From: a virus
Reading direction: 5' to 3' (one strand)
Length of the DNA: 64,000 nucleotides
Virus record (IMG/VR): IMGVR_UViG_3300015615_000721
Coordinates: 3,688-67,687 of that record
A model generated the notes under the pieces. The model ran no database searches, was not told the origin of the DNA, and was given only the letters and a program-made list of their open reading frames with translations. Below, piece after piece: positions 38,050-47,855 of this stretch (position 1 is the stretch's first letter; each line of letters begins with the position of its first letter). The position numbers and the translations under genes were made by a program.

Positions 38050-39152
38050 TGCGTGCCCGCCGTCGATCGAGCGCAGGCCGCGTCGCGGTCGTAGCGCGAC
38101 GCAGCCGCTCGGAGCTGCTCACCCAGATCGTTGAAATCCGCCTTCTCGAGATGGCGCAGATGGGGAACGCGCACAGAGATCCGGCGCCCGGTGGCGTTGG
38201 CCTTCAAACGCGCACCTGCCCAGGCAGCGTGTTCGCCGACTCGGCTCTTGGCGTTCCAATCCGCCCAGTACACGAAATCCTCGCAGAGGAAGGGCAGCTC
38301 GACGACCCTCATTGCGTCGGCGGCACCGAACGCCAGGCCGGCGCGACGCTCGAGCTGCATCGCCGACAACGTGGTCTCGATGCCTTCTCCGCCTCCCATG
38401 CGAGGGGCGATCTCTGCGAGCCGGATGAAGGTGCCGCGGCGATCGCCCAGATGCATCTTGTCTCGCCTGGTGCCGGCCTTGATGACGCTTTGCCCGGTGA
38501 CTCGGAGATAGGTCCGGTGGATTGCCGCCAGCTGACCGTCATGGCGGCGGAAGGCGGCTACCATCGCTGGGAAACCGCGGCGCGCGTCGGAATGCCAGAG
38601 ATCGGCATGAAAGCGAATGTCGCAGGGCCAGCCTGCGTTCACTGCCGGATCGCCGAAGCCGTACAGCGCCGGCGGCACGAGTGCCCTGCCGCGCAGGTAC
38701 CGATCGACAACCGAACCAGGCTGGATCTCGACGGATTCGGCCCAGCTTCTCTCGACAAGCCGCATCTTCCAGGCATCATCCGACTGCTGCGCCTTGGGCT
38801 TGGGCGGCACGGAGCTGGCTGCGAACGCACGCAGGCCGTTTTCGCTCTCGAGCAGCGCGACCACATCCTTGAAGTCCTGGCCATTGCGACGCATCACGAA
38901 GTCGATGGCGTTCTGGCCGTGCTCGCTGCATCCGAAGCAGTGGTAGAAGCCCTTCTTCGTGTTGACGGTGAAGGAAGGCGTCTTTTCGCTGTGGAAGGGG
39001 CAAAGTCCGACCCACTCCGGCCCGCCTAGGTGCTTCAGCTTCACGACCCTGCTCACGACGTTGAGCAGCGGCAGCCGTTCGCGGACCACGTTGGCTCGGT
39101 CGCGCCAGTGGTTGCGATCGGCAGCAATCGCCAGCGGATCAGCCGAGCGCAT
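38046..39152 (-). CDS. DNA primase (CHC2 zinc finger plus Toprim-like domain)
   Basis: GLCPFHSEKTPSF...YHCFGC; IHRTYL; GEGIETTLS; DFND. Confidence 0.9.
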   Translation of the reverse strand: MRSADPLAIAADRNHWRDRANVVRERLPLLNVVSRVVKLKHLGGPEWVGLCPFHSEKTPSFTVNTKKGFYHCFGCSEHGQNAIDFVMRRNGQDFKDVVALLESENGLRAFAASSVPPKPKAQQSDDAWKMRLVERSWAESVEIQPGSVVDRYLRGRALVPPALYGFGDPAVNAGWPCDIRFHADLWHSDARRGFPAMVAAFRRHDGQLAAIHRTYLRVTGQSVIKAGTRRDKMHLGDRRGTFIRLAEIAPRMGGGEGIETTLSAMQLERRAGLAFGAADAMRVVELPFLCEDFVYWADWNAKSRVGEHAAWAGARLKANATGRRISVRVPHLRHLEKADFNDLGEQLRAAASRYDRDAACARSTAGTH

Positions 39153-39324
39153 CGGATTGCTCCCCGCGAACGCAGGGCCTGCCGTCGATGCCCCACCAAT
39201 TGTTGAGCAGGCGCCAGTGCTGCTCGCCCCCGGCGACGCGCATCAGCAAGCTGGGGGGCGCCCCGCGCCGCAAGCAGCTCCGCAGGATCCTGACGATGGC
39301 CGGCTCGTAAAGTGGATGGCTCAT
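39139..39324 (-). CDS. Hypothetical protein
   Basis: 61-aa ORF overlapping both neighbours in the early operon. Confidence 0.45.
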   Translation of the reverse strand: MSHPLYEPAIVRILRSCLRRGAPPSLLMRVAGGEQHWRLLNNWWGIDGRPCVRGEQSDALG

Positions 39325-39650
39325 GACACCTCCCGCTTTTTGCCGACCATGATCAGCCAGGCTGGATGCTCACCGAGTGCCGCCTGACAAACAGCTTCCG
39401 AATGCTCACGAGCGAGGACCCGATAGAGCAGTTCGACCGAGCCAAAGTGACGGTTGACGGCGGATTGATGCACGCCGGCCAGGCCGGCGATCTCGCGTGC
39501 GTCGGGGCGGAAATTGCCCCGCCCTACGATCAGCAGGGCAGCTTTGATCAGAGCCTCGCGGGTAAGCTCGCCCTGGTATTGCCGATAGGCCGAGACGTAC
39601 CTCCGGCCTCCGCAAACCGGTTTCGCGAATGTGTCCCGTGAAACGCTCAT
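39321..39650 (-). CDS. TetR-like HTH protein
   Basis: TREALIKAAL...G......REIA.LAGV.QSAVNRHFGS.E.L. Confidence 0.75.
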   Translation of the reverse strand: MSVSRDTFAKPVCGGRRYVSAYRQYQGELTREALIKAALLIVGRGNFRPDAREIAGLAGVHQSAVNRHFGSVELLYRVLAREHSEAVCQAALGEHPAWLIMVGKKREVS

Positions 39651-40234
39651 GGCGCTGCCCTCTCGAGGAGGCGGCCAACCGGCGCGCTACGGTGCCAAGG
39701 GGTATGATTGCCGTCTTCGTTGCTGGCGACGTGATAGGCCACTCCCGGCGCCTTCCCGGACATCTCGTCTTGGACCGGCCGCAGGAAGCCCCAAGGCTTG
39801 GAGGCATTCTCGCCCGTAAAGAACAGCGACCAACTGGTCCTGCCCTCCTCCAGGACTACCCGGTGGAAGTCGTAGCCGGTGAGCCGATAAGGCACGAACG
39901 GTATGCGCCGACGCTCCCTGAACAGGAGCTGACCCATCTTCAAGCCGACAACGCGGTGCTCGCGGTAGCCGCCCGCGACCGGAAGGGCGACCGCCCAGGC
40001 CCACGGATGATCATGCGGGCCCCGATCGGGATCGGATCGAAGGTAATGATGCAGGTAGCAGGTAACGGCACCAATCAGCGGCAACCGCACCGAAAAGATG
40101 TGGCTCCGCTCAAAGAGCGGCGATTGAGTGCTGCTCCCAAGCGACTGACCCGCGCAAATGATCCGTGTGGGTAGTCTTCCGGCCCACCGACGCAGGCAGA
40201 GCCGCCAGGGCGCCACGCGCCTATTCCCGCGCAT
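39647..40234 (-). CDS. Cupin-like phage protein
   Basis: YLHHYLRSDPDRGPHDHPW...GGYREH...FHRV...WSLFFTG...WGF. Confidence 0.65.
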   Translation of the reverse strand: MRGNRRVAPWRLCLRRWAGRLPTRIICAGQSLGSSTQSPLFERSHIFSVRLPLIGAVTCYLHHYLRSDPDRGPHDHPWAWAVALPVAGGYREHRVVGLKMGQLLFRERRRIPFVPYRLTGYDFHRVVLEEGRTSWSLFFTGENASKPWGFLRPVQDEMSGKAPGVAYHVASNEDGNHTPWHRSAPVGRLLERAAP

Positions 40235-40496
40235 CGTCACGCCCCTTCCTCGACTTCCGCGGGGCATGTGCGCCTGCAACGGCGTCGGACGAGTTGGCCG
40301 CCGTCCACATTGCCAAGAAGGAGTCGGCCGTAACCTCTCCCTCGGTCTCATGCTGGATCCGGAGCAAAGTCGGCGAGTTGGGAAAGCGCTCGCCCCGGCA
40401 GTAGCGTCCAACGGTTACGCGGGACACCCCTATGCGACGGGCGAAGTCAGCGTCTGTGATTTTCTTGGCCCGAAGCCATTCCGGAAGAGATGACAT
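40221..40496 (-). CDS. Cro-like regulator
   Basis: FARRIGVSRVTVGRYCRGERFP...I...T.GEVT; divergent from the repressor. Confidence 0.85.
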   Translation of the reverse strand: MSSLPEWLRAKKITDADFARRIGVSRVTVGRYCRGERFPNSPTLLRIQHETEGEVTADSFLAMWTAANSSDAVAGAHAPRKSRKGRDDARE

Positions 40497-40502
40497 CCAG
40501 CG

Positions 40503-40579
40503 ATGTTACTTTTTCTGCAACTACGGTCAATCCAAAGTTACACAATTTGTGGATGGATTAAAGTTACCGTTTCGGCAAC
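40503..40579. promoter_or_regulatory. O_R-like operators (GTTRC-N7-GYAAC) and P_R-like promoter
   Basis: GTTAC-N7-GCAAC at 40505-40521 and 40563-40579. Minus-strand TTGACC-N16-TAACAT overlaps the first operator. Confidence 0.7.
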
Positions 40580-40588
40580 AATGCCGGC

Positions 40589-41239
40589 ATGAAGAGGCTG
40601 GCCAAACGTAACCACCTGAGCGACTGGCGGAAGTTTCGCGGCTTGAAGCAGGAACAGCTGGCCGAAGCCGCGGGGACTACCAAGGCAACGATCTCGCGTA
40701 TCGAGGCGGGAAAGGTTGGCCTGTCGCAGAAGTGGCTCGAGACCCTGGCCCCGCTGCTGGACACGACCCCAGCGGGCCTTCTCACCCCACCCGCGGCAGC
40801 GAGCGAGAGCGCTGACACGATCCGCCGGGATGCGTTCGTTCCCCTGATCGATTCAGTGCGGGCTGGACGCTGGACCGAGGTCGTCGACGCCTATCCGAAG
40901 GGTCACGAGGACCAACTTATCCCTGTATTGCGGAAGTACGGACCTCGGGCCTTTGCTCTGAGGCTGAAGGGTCCGTCCATGCGGCCCGATTACCACGAGG
41001 ACGATATCGTGGTGTTCGATCCCGACATCGAAGCCCGTCCGGGGGATGACGTCGTGGCACGCCAGGACGAAGACAACGAAGCCACCTTCAAGCGCCTCCG
41101 GATCAAGGGCTACGATACCAAGGGCAAGCCGCAGATCGAGCTGGTCCCGCTCAACCCGGATTGGCCCGTTCTGACTTTGAAGAAAGGCGGTCGCATTGTT
41201 GCGCCCGCTGTGGATCTTATCAGGCGTCTGCGTCGCTAG
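40589..41239 (+). CDS. CI-like repressor (HTH plus S24 peptidase)
   Basis: N-terminal HTH; VRAG cleavage-site motif; GPSM.P catalytic Ser; ATFKRL catalytic Lys. Confidence 0.95.
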   Translation: MKRLAKRNHLSDWRKFRGLKQEQLAEAAGTTKATISRIEAGKVGLSQKWLETLAPLLDTTPAGLLTPPAAASESADTIRRDAFVPLIDSVRAGRWTEVVDAYPKGHEDQLIPVLRKYGPRAFALRLKGPSMRPDYHEDDIVVFDPDIEARPGDDVVARQDEDNEATFKRLRIKGYDTKGKPQIELVPLNPDWPVLTLKKGGRIVAPAVDLIRRLRR

Positions 41240-41280
41240 CCGAGGTGCGCCAAGCATCGTTTAGGCGCCATCCTCCGTTA

Positions 41281-41331
41281 GTTACATTTAATGTAACTTC
41301 TCGCTAGACCGCGAGTTGCTATTTATGCAAC
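41281..41331. promoter_or_regulatory. O_L-like operators
   Basis: GTTAC-N7-GTAAC at 41281-41297 and GTTGC-N7-GCAAC at 41315-41331. Confidence 0.7.
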
Positions 41332-41340
41332 TCTTGGGTC

Positions 41341-41703
41341 ATGAACAACGAACATCCTTCGTCGATCTCCGACGACGCCTTCACCGCGGACATCGTCGCC
41401 ATGCTGGGCCGATATGCCGATCGGCCTCAGAAACTGCGGGCCGTACTGAACGGCTTGGCGCTCGACGGCAGCCTGCATCGTGCCGGCCTGCCCTCAGGCC
41501 TCGCGCCGATGATGCGCCTTCCCCCTCGCGAGCCACAACGCTCCGTGCGAGCCCGGATGGCCGACCTCATGCTGCGCCGGTTCGCGGCGGACGGAAACGT
41601 GACCTTCGACGACCTGCGAGCTGGCGGCTTCAGTGATGCCCAGATCGCTACCCACCGCCACGCGGCCGCTCGCATCGCCGGCCTGGCGCGCATGTCAGCG
41701 TAA
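41341..41703 (+). CDS. Hypothetical early protein
   Basis: 120-aa ORF directly after the O_L-like sites. Confidence 0.6.
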   Translation: MNNEHPSSISDDAFTADIVAMLGRYADRPQKLRAVLNGLALDGSLHRAGLPSGLAPMMRLPPREPQRSVRARMADLMLRRFAADGNVTFDDLRAGGFSDAQIATHRHAAARIAGLARMSA

Positions 41704-41784
41704 TTCGATCACGGTCGCGGCGACGGCCTAGAGGCTTAGCCGCGCCTCGCGCCCGACTCTCCACATCCCCTCCTCGCGAGCGAC

Positions 41785-41979
41785 ATGAAATTAATCGATC
41801 CCGAGCACATGAGTGCTGAAGAGCGCATCGCTGAAATCGGCCGGATCCTGAGCCTCGGCCTCATGCGTCTTCAGGCTCGGAAGTCCAGTCAACAATCTGG
41901 CGACCGGGGAGACAGTTCGGTCGACTTCATGCCTAACCAGAGCGGTCATGCCCGCGCCCTCAAACGGAGACCGGCATGA
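41785..41979 (+). CDS. Small protein of the recombinase module
   Basis: PEHMSAEER.AEI..IL..GL.RL; overlaps the next gene. Confidence 0.6.
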   Translation: MKLIDPEHMSAEERIAEIGRILSLGLMRLQARKSSQQSGDRGDSSVDFMPNQSGHARALKRRPA

Positions 41980-42428
41980 AGGAACAAGACAACGTGTTGA
42001 CCCGGGTGGCCGCCCTCAAGGCGATGCCCACCGCGGAACTCAAGAAGCAATGGGAGGCGCTCTTCGATACACCACCCCCGCCCTTCAACAGGCGTTTCCT
42101 TGAGAGCCGCCTCGCCTACCGCATCCAGGAGTTGGCCTACGGTGGCCTCAAGGCCGAGACAGTGCAAAGACTGGAGGCGCTAGGCGAGCAACTCGATGGC
42201 GGGAACGTCGTGTTAAGGCGGATACGGACTGACCTTATGCCGATCGCCGGCACCCGCCTCGTCCGAGAGTACCAGGGCGTCGAGCATACCGTGACGGTGT
42301 TGCAGGACGGCTTCGAGTGGCAAGGCCGGCCGTACAAGTCCCTGTCCGCCATCGCGCGGGCAATCTCGGGCACTCGCTGGAACGGCTGGGTGTTCTTCGG
42401 GCTCAAGAACCAGCGGAGCGCGGCATGA
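41976..42428 (+). CDS. DUF2924-family protein
   Basis: LAYRIQELAYGGL...GTRLVREYQG..H.V.V...GFEWQG..YKSLSAIAR.I.GTRWNG..FFGL. Confidence 0.9.
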   Translation: MKEQDNVLTRVAALKAMPTAELKKQWEALFDTPPPPFNRRFLESRLAYRIQELAYGGLKAETVQRLEALGEQLDGGNVVLRRIRTDLMPIAGTRLVREYQGVEHTVTVLQDGFEWQGRPYKSLSAIARAISGTRWNGWVFFGLKNQRSAA

Positions 42429-43741
42429 AGGCGCCCCTGGTTCGGAAATTTCGCTGCGCCATCTACACGCGGAAGTCGTCCGAGGAAGGTCTCGAGATGG
42501 AGTTCAACTCCCTCGACGCCCAGCGCGAGGCCTGCCAGGCCTACATCGCCAGCCAGCGCTCGGAGGGATGGGTCGGGCTGGCGACGCGCTATGACGACGG
42601 CGGGATTTCCGGGGGCACCTTGGAACGTCCTGCCCTCAAACGCCTGCTCGCCGACATCGAGGAAGGACTGGTCGATGTGGTGGTCGTCTACAAGATTGAC
42701 CGGCTGTCACGCGCGTTGATGGACTTTGCCAAGCTGGTCGAGGTGTTCGATCGCAATAACGTCACCTTCGTCAGCGTCACCCAGTCGTTCAACACGACGA
42801 CCTCGATGGGGAGACTGACGCTCAATATCCTGCTGTCCTTCGCCCAGTTCGAGCGCGAGGTCATTGGCGAGCGAATACGGGACAAGGTCGCGGCATCGCG
42901 CAAACGTGGCATGTGGATGGGCGGTGTCGTTCCACTCGGCTACGTGGTGCGAGACCGGAAGATCTACATCAACGAGCCGGAGGCGGCGATCGTCCGGATG
43001 ATCTTCGATCGGTTTCTAACGCTTGGATCGGCAACCTCAGTTGCCCGATCACTGGCCGCCGACAACATTCGCTCCCGCCGGGGCAACCCCATAGACAAGG
43101 GTGCGATCTACAAGATCCTCCTTAATCGCGTCTATATTGGCGATGCCGTTCACAAGGGCGCAGCATACCCGGGCGAGCACCAGGCAATCATTGCCCAGGA
43201 AATGTGGGACAGAGTCCGCGGGGCCTTGAAAGCCAGTCCCAGAACGAGAGCCGGTAAAACACGCGCCACTACCCCGGCTCTTCTGAGGGGGCTGCTCTTT
43301 GGTCCTACCGGTGTTGCTATGAGCCCAACGCACACACGCAGAGGCGACAAGCTCTATCGCTACTACATCAGTCAATCCGTTATCAAAAGCGGAGCGAACG
43401 CATGCCCCATTAGTCGTGTGGCGGCCGCCGAGGTCGAAGCGGCTGTTGTGGATCAGCTGCGCGGCATGCTCCAGCGCCCCGAGGTCGTTGTTAGTACTTG
43501 GCGAGCCGCCCGAGCGGAGATCGATGGCCTCTCCGAGGCACAGGTCCGCGGAGCGTTGCAAGAGCTGGACACCTTATGGGACGAACTATTCCCCGCCGAG
43601 CAATCCCGCATCATCCATTTGTTGGTGGAGCGGATCGATGTCGGCCTTGAGGGAATCGACATCCGTCTTCGAGTACCAGGCCTCGCACAGGTCGTTCGAG
43701 ACATGAATTTAAGTCGAGCCGATACGCGGAGAGCGGCATGA
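42425..43741 (+). CDS. Large serine recombinase (integrase)
   Basis: CAIYTRKSSEEG, DDGG.SG...RP, VYKIDRLSR, FAQFERE; recombinase domain follows. Confidence 0.95.
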   Translation: MKAPLVRKFRCAIYTRKSSEEGLEMEFNSLDAQREACQAYIASQRSEGWVGLATRYDDGGISGGTLERPALKRLLADIEEGLVDVVVVYKIDRLSRALMDFAKLVEVFDRNNVTFVSVTQSFNTTTSMGRLTLNILLSFAQFEREVIGERIRDKVAASRKRGMWMGGVVPLGYVVRDRKIYINEPEAAIVRMIFDRFLTLGSATSVARSLAADNIRSRRGNPIDKGAIYKILLNRVYIGDAVHKGAAYPGEHQAIIAQEMWDRVRGALKASPRTRAGKTRATTPALLRGLLFGPTGVAMSPTHTRRGDKLYRYYISQSVIKSGANACPISRVAAAEVEAAVVDQLRGMLQRPEVVVSTWRAARAEIDGLSEAQVRGALQELDTLWDELFPAEQSRIIHLLVERIDVGLEGIDIRLRVPGLAQVVRDMNLSRADTRRAA

Positions 43742-44145
43742 CCCCTGCCTCGCAAACACTCACTCTCCGGATACCGTTCACCGTACGCAAACGGGGTGGC
43801 CGTAAGTTGATCATTCGGCCGAACGGCACTGAAACGGGTGCCGTCCCCCGTTATCGCGTCGACAACAGTATGGTCAAGGCTCTCGCCCGTGGCTTCCGCT
43901 GGCGCAGGCTGTTGGAAACTGGCTTCTATACTTCTATTGAAGAAATGGCCGCGGCCGAAAAAATAAATTCGACCTACGTGGGCCGCCTCCTGCGGATGTC
44001 GCTCCTTGCACCCAGTATCGTCGAGGCAATCTTGGACGGACGGCAGCCGGTGGACATGACGCTAGATTTGTTGATGAAGCCGTTCAGCTCCTGCTGGTCG
44101 CAGCAAACCACTCGTTTCGATCACACCACTCGGAAGGATAGCTGA
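43738..44145 (+). CDS. Conserved protein downstream of the serine recombinase
   Basis: RKRGGRKLII...KALARGFRW..LLE.G...LAP.IVEAILDGRQP; ATGA-coupled. Confidence 0.8.
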   Translation: MTPASQTLTLRIPFTVRKRGGRKLIIRPNGTETGAVPRYRVDNSMVKALARGFRWRRLLETGFYTSIEEMAAAEKINSTYVGRLLRMSLLAPSIVEAILDGRQPVDMTLDLLMKPFSSCWSQQTTRFDHTTRKDS

Positions 44146-44162
44146 ATGCCGTTAGGTCCAAG

Positions 44163-44690
44163 CTAGAAGAGGGCGTCTGGTGCTCGCCCCTCCTTGAATT
44201 TGACAAGAAGCTCTTGGATTCGCTCTTCCACAGCCTTCACCAACTTGCTTGTCATGCGAAGAAACTGCGCCGCTTCCTCAGCTTCGATACGCATCGACGG
44301 TGTTCGCTCCACTGGAAGAACCGATCCATCTGAATCGGCCCAAAACATGATGCGGTAGTGAGCACTATCTGAGTGCGCGTACACCGAATCCCGGAGATCG
44401 AGAAGCCGCCGATGAAGAAACTTGTCCGAAGTGTCGTATGACCTGAGGAGACGTTCTGGGAAGGCGGGCCAGCCGTCACTTTTCGTGAAGGGACGGCTGT
44501 AAGCGATCACCAATGCCGTCGTGTACGCCGATTGGTGCATGTAGCCGGATTGGCGTGCCTCCCACGGCTCTTTGTGCCAGTTCTTATTCACCAGCACTTC
44601 TGCACATTGCCTTGCAAACCAAATATCCTTGAGTGAAACGTAGAGCCGATCGTGCAGGCGCCTATCACGGTCCGTTGTTGTCATGGGCAT
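44163..44690 (-). CDS. Putative HEPN-domain protein
   Basis: Helical protein with AYSRPF and an Rx4-6H motif (RDSVYAH). Confidence 0.55.
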   Translation of the reverse strand: MPMTTTDRDRRLHDRLYVSLKDIWFARQCAEVLVNKNWHKEPWEARQSGYMHQSAYTTALVIAYSRPFTKSDGWPAFPERLLRSYDTSDKFLHRRLLDLRDSVYAHSDSAHYRIMFWADSDGSVLPVERTPSMRIEAEEAAQFLRMTSKLVKAVEERIQELLVKFKEGRAPDALF

Positions 44691-44704
44691 CTCGGCAACT
44701 TGTG

Positions 44705-45262
44705 TTATCGCGAGCGAATCCGATCAATGTACGCAAGAAGCTCGCGTGCTACCTCCTTTGAGGTGGGGTCATCATTGGCATTGGCGGCCAGCGTCATGAG
44801 AACGATCCGGCTCGCGAATGCGACCGGGTGCCTTGCGCCAGACTGCTCTTGCTCCCACACAGTCGCCAGGTACGCGAAGCGCACAAGCTCTCGCCGCTGC
44901 TTGGGTGAGTAGGCGTTCGCCCACGTCCAAAAGCTCTCGAAGCCCACGCTAGATGGGAAGACCTCGCTCGCCATCGTCATGAACATTGTCGCAACTTCAG
45001 ACAAAGTCTGCCGCGCGGCTTCGAGATCAGTGTTGTCCGTCGTCGATAGGATGGCGTCCCGGCAGCCGACGAGGTACGCCGGATCCGTGTATGCTCCGAT
45101 GTTCTGCGTGATCTCAGAGTTCGCCCGCGTCCGCTCGTACTCTTTTTTGAGCGCGGCAGAGCGCTCCATCATCATGCCGACTGCATTTTCGAAGCGCCGG
45201 TTATCTGCCACCTCTTTCGTGTCAGGTGCCGGCCTACCCATTCCAAAGAGCCATTTGAACAT
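44705..45262 (-). CDS. Hypothetical protein
   Basis: 185-aa helical ORF between the TIR and HEPN-like genes. Confidence 0.6.
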   Translation of the reverse strand: MFKWLFGMGRPAPDTKEVADNRRFENAVGMMMERSAALKKEYERTRANSEITQNIGAYTDPAYLVGCRDAILSTTDNTDLEAARQTLSEVATMFMTMASEVFPSSVGFESFWTWANAYSPKQRRELVRFAYLATVWEQEQSGARHPVAFASRIVLMTLAANANDDPTSKEVARELLAYIDRIRSR

Positions 45263-45363
45263 CCCGCCCTCGATGCGGCTTCCCGCGAGATCCTCGTCAG
45301 CAGATTGGAAAATTGCGGGGGCGCGATTAGGGCCCCCGGCGAGTATATCGGGCCGCCAACGCT

Positions 45364-46125
45364 CTAAGCCACAGACGTAGCCGTGCTGGGGAGAGTCGGT
45401 TCACTCGTGGTGACCAGCTCTGCGAGCTTGGCTGCCACGTCAGCCATCGACATTTCTGCCGTGTCCAGGCCATTGCGCGAGGCAAGCATAGGGCTAACGT
45501 TGCGGAGGGCGTCGTAAGTTGTGTTATGGATGATCGGAACGAGCTGATCTCGTTGTAGGAGAACCGAAAGCTCCTTGTCTGCAACGCCCGCTGCCGGAAG
45601 CCGCGTCAACAGCGAAGGGGTCACCAGCACAATCCCGACCCGCGACTTTGCCAAGCCTTTGTCGATCGCGCGGATAAACGGCTCACCGAGTTTAATGTCG
45701 GCCTCGCTGAACCAGACCGAGACGCCCTGTGCGACGAGCAGATCGTACAGCTCCTTAGCGCTCGCCTGCCGATCGTCCCACGCGTGGCAGAGAAAGATGT
45801 GCCGAAGGTCGGGCAGCAACGCTCGCTTCTCAACGGTCTCGCGGATCGGGTTGAGCGCACGCACCTCTTCGGGCGTGTAAAATTGGACCGACGCGGCGGA
45901 AGACCAGCGTGGCTTTGCCGTGCGCCTGGCTCCTCCGCCCCCGCTACCGCGACTGCCCCCTCCACCGCCTCCCGAGGAGTAGGATGGCGTGTAGGTTCGG
46001 GTGGAGTACGGCGTGCTGTAGCCGCCATAGCCGCCGGCGCGGCCATATCGGTAACGGCAGGCCGGGCAGTTGGCCGCAGCACTCGCGGAGCGATGGCCTT
46101 CTCGTGGCGCAGTACATCTAGCCAT
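45364..46125 (-). CDS. TIR-domain protein with Cys/His N-terminus and Gly-rich linker
   Basis: IFLCHAWDD...LYDLL..GVSVWF.E..I.LG......ID.GL..SR.GIVLVTP...KEL. Confidence 0.9.
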   Translation of the reverse strand: MARCTAPREGHRSASAAANCPACRYRYGRAGGYGGYSTPYSTRTYTPSYSSGGGGGGSRGSGGGGARRTAKPRWSSAASVQFYTPEEVRALNPIRETVEKRALLPDLRHIFLCHAWDDRQASAKELYDLLVAQGVSVWFSEADIKLGEPFIRAIDKGLAKSRVGIVLVTPSLLTRLPAAGVADKELSVLLQRDQLVPIIHNTTYDALRNVSPMLASRNGLDTAEMSMADVAAKLAELVTTSEPTLPSTATSVA

Positions 46126-46390
46126 TGGTTCTCGATGATCCTTGGATGTTGTCGTCGTCAATTCGCTCCGCTGTTACGCGTCCTTTCGCAATTGCACACA
46201 CGCGCCAGATGCAGGACTCGGATGCCGTGCAGCCTCAATGGGAGCACAAACGGGCTGTTTCAAGGGGCGAAATCTAAAATTTCCACAAGATATGGTACGA
46301 AATTGTTGCTGGACCCCGAGTTGTCGGCGCAACTGCCGCTTGTTCTTGCATACGCTGAGGCGTATTTCCGCCCCGCCGGAAGGACAATTT

Positions 46391-47170
46391 ATGGACTACG
46401 AACCGATACCCCAGGACCTGAAGGAGCAGGCTCAGCTCCTTCAAACCATCCTCCTTGCCACATGTGAAGGGGATCGCAGCACCCACAACCACACGTACAT
46501 TGAGCTACGAAGCGCGTTGACTGACGACCCAGCGATCAAGGCGCTCCTCCCCGATTTCGTCCGAACTTGCCGGGATCTGGCTCACTTCTGGGGCTACATC
46601 CGGGGTGTTTCCGGGCAGTGGGAGCCGCGACGCATGCACGTTAGAACTGGCCTAACGTCGCTATTCGACTACGCAGAAGGTACGTACCGCAAACCCGTCG
46701 ACGACGTGGCGTCCGACGTGCTCCAGAGGTTCGACCCCGATGGGGTCGCCAGCATCTGGAGGAAAGCACTCGCCCGCCGCCATAGTGACCCGGAAGGTGC
46801 GATCACCGCTGCCCGTACGCTCCTTGAGACGGTCTGCAAGCACATCATCGAAAAGGAAGGCGGCACCTATGGTGAGAAGGATGACCTCCCAGCGCTCTAC
46901 AAGGCGACCGCCAAGCTGCTTAACCTTGCACCCAGCCAACACACCCAAGACATCTTCAAACAGATACTCGGAAGTGTGACCGGCACCATCGAGGGGCTGG
47001 GGGCACTCCGAAACAAGATTAGTGATGCTCACGGTCAAGGTGGCCGACCGGTGAGACCCTTGCCGCGTCACGCCCAGCTTGCGGTCAACCTTGCAGGCGC
47101 ACTCGCGACCTATCTCATAGAGACTTGGATCGACAAATCGTTAGCAGGTCAGGGAGGAGACCGACAATGA
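46391..47170 (+). CDS. Abortive-infection (Abi_C / AbiJ-like HEPN) protein
   Basis: GAITAARTLLETVCKHI...LRNKISDAHG...A.LAVNLAG. Confidence 0.85.
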   Translation: MDYEPIPQDLKEQAQLLQTILLATCEGDRSTHNHTYIELRSALTDDPAIKALLPDFVRTCRDLAHFWGYIRGVSGQWEPRRMHVRTGLTSLFDYAEGTYRKPVDDVASDVLQRFDPDGVASIWRKALARRHSDPEGAITAARTLLETVCKHIIEKEGGTYGEKDDLPALYKATAKLLNLAPSQHTQDIFKQILGSVTGTIEGLGALRNKISDAHGQGGRPVRPLPRHAQLAVNLAGALATYLIETWIDKSLAGQGGDRQ

Positions 47171-47724
47171 GTTGGGAAGAAACGTTGATTTCTGCGGTAC
47201 GCGTACTTGATGCGTTTCGGCGTGTTGACGTGACCCGTCGCATCGACAGAGTTCGGATTGATACCGCTCTACAAACATTGAGACAGATATTCTTCTACTC
47301 ATCAGAACTTATCGCAGTCCTGAAAGACATACAGAATGGCAAGACGGTGGAGCCTGAGATTGTAGAATACTTCGCCACAGAGTTCAGGCATACGCCGCAG
47401 CACATCCAAGAGGCGTTATCCTTCATCGAACATGAGAGGTTCGAGGAATCCAACGCTCTTATGATCGATGACCTAGATCTGATGCGGCAAATTCGATACG
47501 GGAAGCTCGATGTACGTCGGGAGATCAGCCGCTTCTTCAGTGCTTACGATGAGAACATTGAACGGGGTGACCGACGTCTTCGCCTCGAGGCTGCCCGCGT
47601 ACTAGGCCAGATTGAGCGCCTCAATTCCGCGATACAGGAGCTTGAGCTGAGACTGCGGAACGCCCGATTGGAAGCTGCGGACATACCCGCTCCGACACCA
47701 TCTCGGTCAAGAATTAGGCGATAG
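47167..47724 (+). CDS. Hypothetical coiled-coil protein
   Basis: ATGA overlap with the Abi gene. Confidence 0.65.
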   Translation: MSWEETLISAVRVLDAFRRVDVTRRIDRVRIDTALQTLRQIFFYSSELIAVLKDIQNGKTVEPEIVEYFATEFRHTPQHIQEALSFIEHERFEESNALMIDDLDLMRQIRYGKLDVRREISRFFSAYDENIERGDRRLRLEAARVLGQIERLNSAIQELELRLRNARLEAADIPAPTPSRSRIRR

Positions 47725-47855
47725 TCCTTCACTGTCTCCACCTGTCCAATTCATGAGATCGACAGATGAAGAACTAAACCGTGATCGTGTGGTGGCATGT
47801 GAAGAGCAAGAACGCCGAAGTCTGATACGATCCAGCGGACCAACGGGAGCCTACA

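Noticed and set aside
7798..39029. Many long plus-strand ORFs over the phage genes (e.g. 10219-11793, 15238-16677, 19214-20287, 30320-31660, 36265-37290)
   Set aside because: Antisense shadows of high-GC coding sequence; they overlap well-supported minus-strand genes and show no motifs.
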